This document shows positions 63,764 through 64,000 of a stretch of 64,000 bases of DNA, piece by piece. The stretch's first letter is position 1, and each line of letters starts with the position of its first letter. The stretch is from an uncultured delta proteobacterium (GTDB lineage Bacteria > Desulfobacterota > Desulfobacteria > Desulfobacterales > Desulfosalsimonadaceae). The DNA lies in NCBI GenBank assembly GCA_963826785.1, contig CAWGYD010000003.1, forward strand, positions 96,001 through 160,000, given 5' to 3'. The notes below the pieces were generated by a model that saw nothing but the letters and a program-made list of their open reading frames with translations, searched no databases and was not told the DNA's origin. A program made the translations under genes and the position numbers.

Positions 63764-64000
63764 ATGCTTTCAAATGCCGTTAAAAATATCCTCTACCACT
63801 ACAATGGGGAAAACCCTGGCGTATTGACCAACCTGGCCCGGATTTTAAACCACGGAACCCTGGCCGGAACCGGAAAAATGGTGATCCTGCCGGTGGACCA
63901 GGGATTCGAGCACGGGCCCGCCCGCAGCTTTGCCGAAAATGACGCCGGCTATGACCCCGCATACCATTTCCAGTTGGGAATCGATTCCGGGTGCAATGCC
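63764..64000 (+). CDS. fbaB: Class I fructose-bisphosphate aldolase (5' part, runs off the window)
   Basis: AAGGAG RBS; MLSNAVKNIL...GTLAGTGKMVILPVDQGFEHGPARSF...YDPAYHFQL. Confidence 0.9.
   Translation, partial: MLSNAVKNILYHYNGENPGVLTNLARILNHGTLAGTGKMVILPVDQGFEHGPARSFAENDAGYDPAYHFQLGIDSGCNA

Overview
Bacterial chromosome segment, high-GC coding regions. Gene content and intergenic repeats suggest an anaerobic deltaproteobacterium (Desulfobacterota/Desulfobacterales); this is inference only. About 1-38 kb is mostly housekeeping (serS, thrC, der, rarA, dgt, dus, rimO, polyprenyl synthase, PBP1A, argA, pgk, radC, gpsA, gyrA, thiolase, lepB, cobO, slyD). It is interrupted at about 19.7-22.6 kb by an AT-rich islet (secreted protein with a sigma54-type promoter, membrane protein, type IV pilin) at the 3' side of tRNA-Val(GAC). 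About 39.6-47.2 kb is a TetR-led redox cluster (Fe-S protein, Mo-bisPGD oxidoreductase, two flavin oxidoreductases). At 47.2-49.5 kb are two divergent, mutually similar ~165-nt rod-like elements, an orphan 161-aa gene and a divergent HTH-WYL regulator; this is the most unusual locus. About 49.5-64 kb holds degP and a glycogen/trehalose cluster (malQ, treY, GH57, treZ, treT, glgA, fbaB). Several genes carry single-base frameshifts that look like long-read errors. No CRISPR array, rRNA, integrase or transposase was seen. All calls come from reading motifs by eye; no searches were run.
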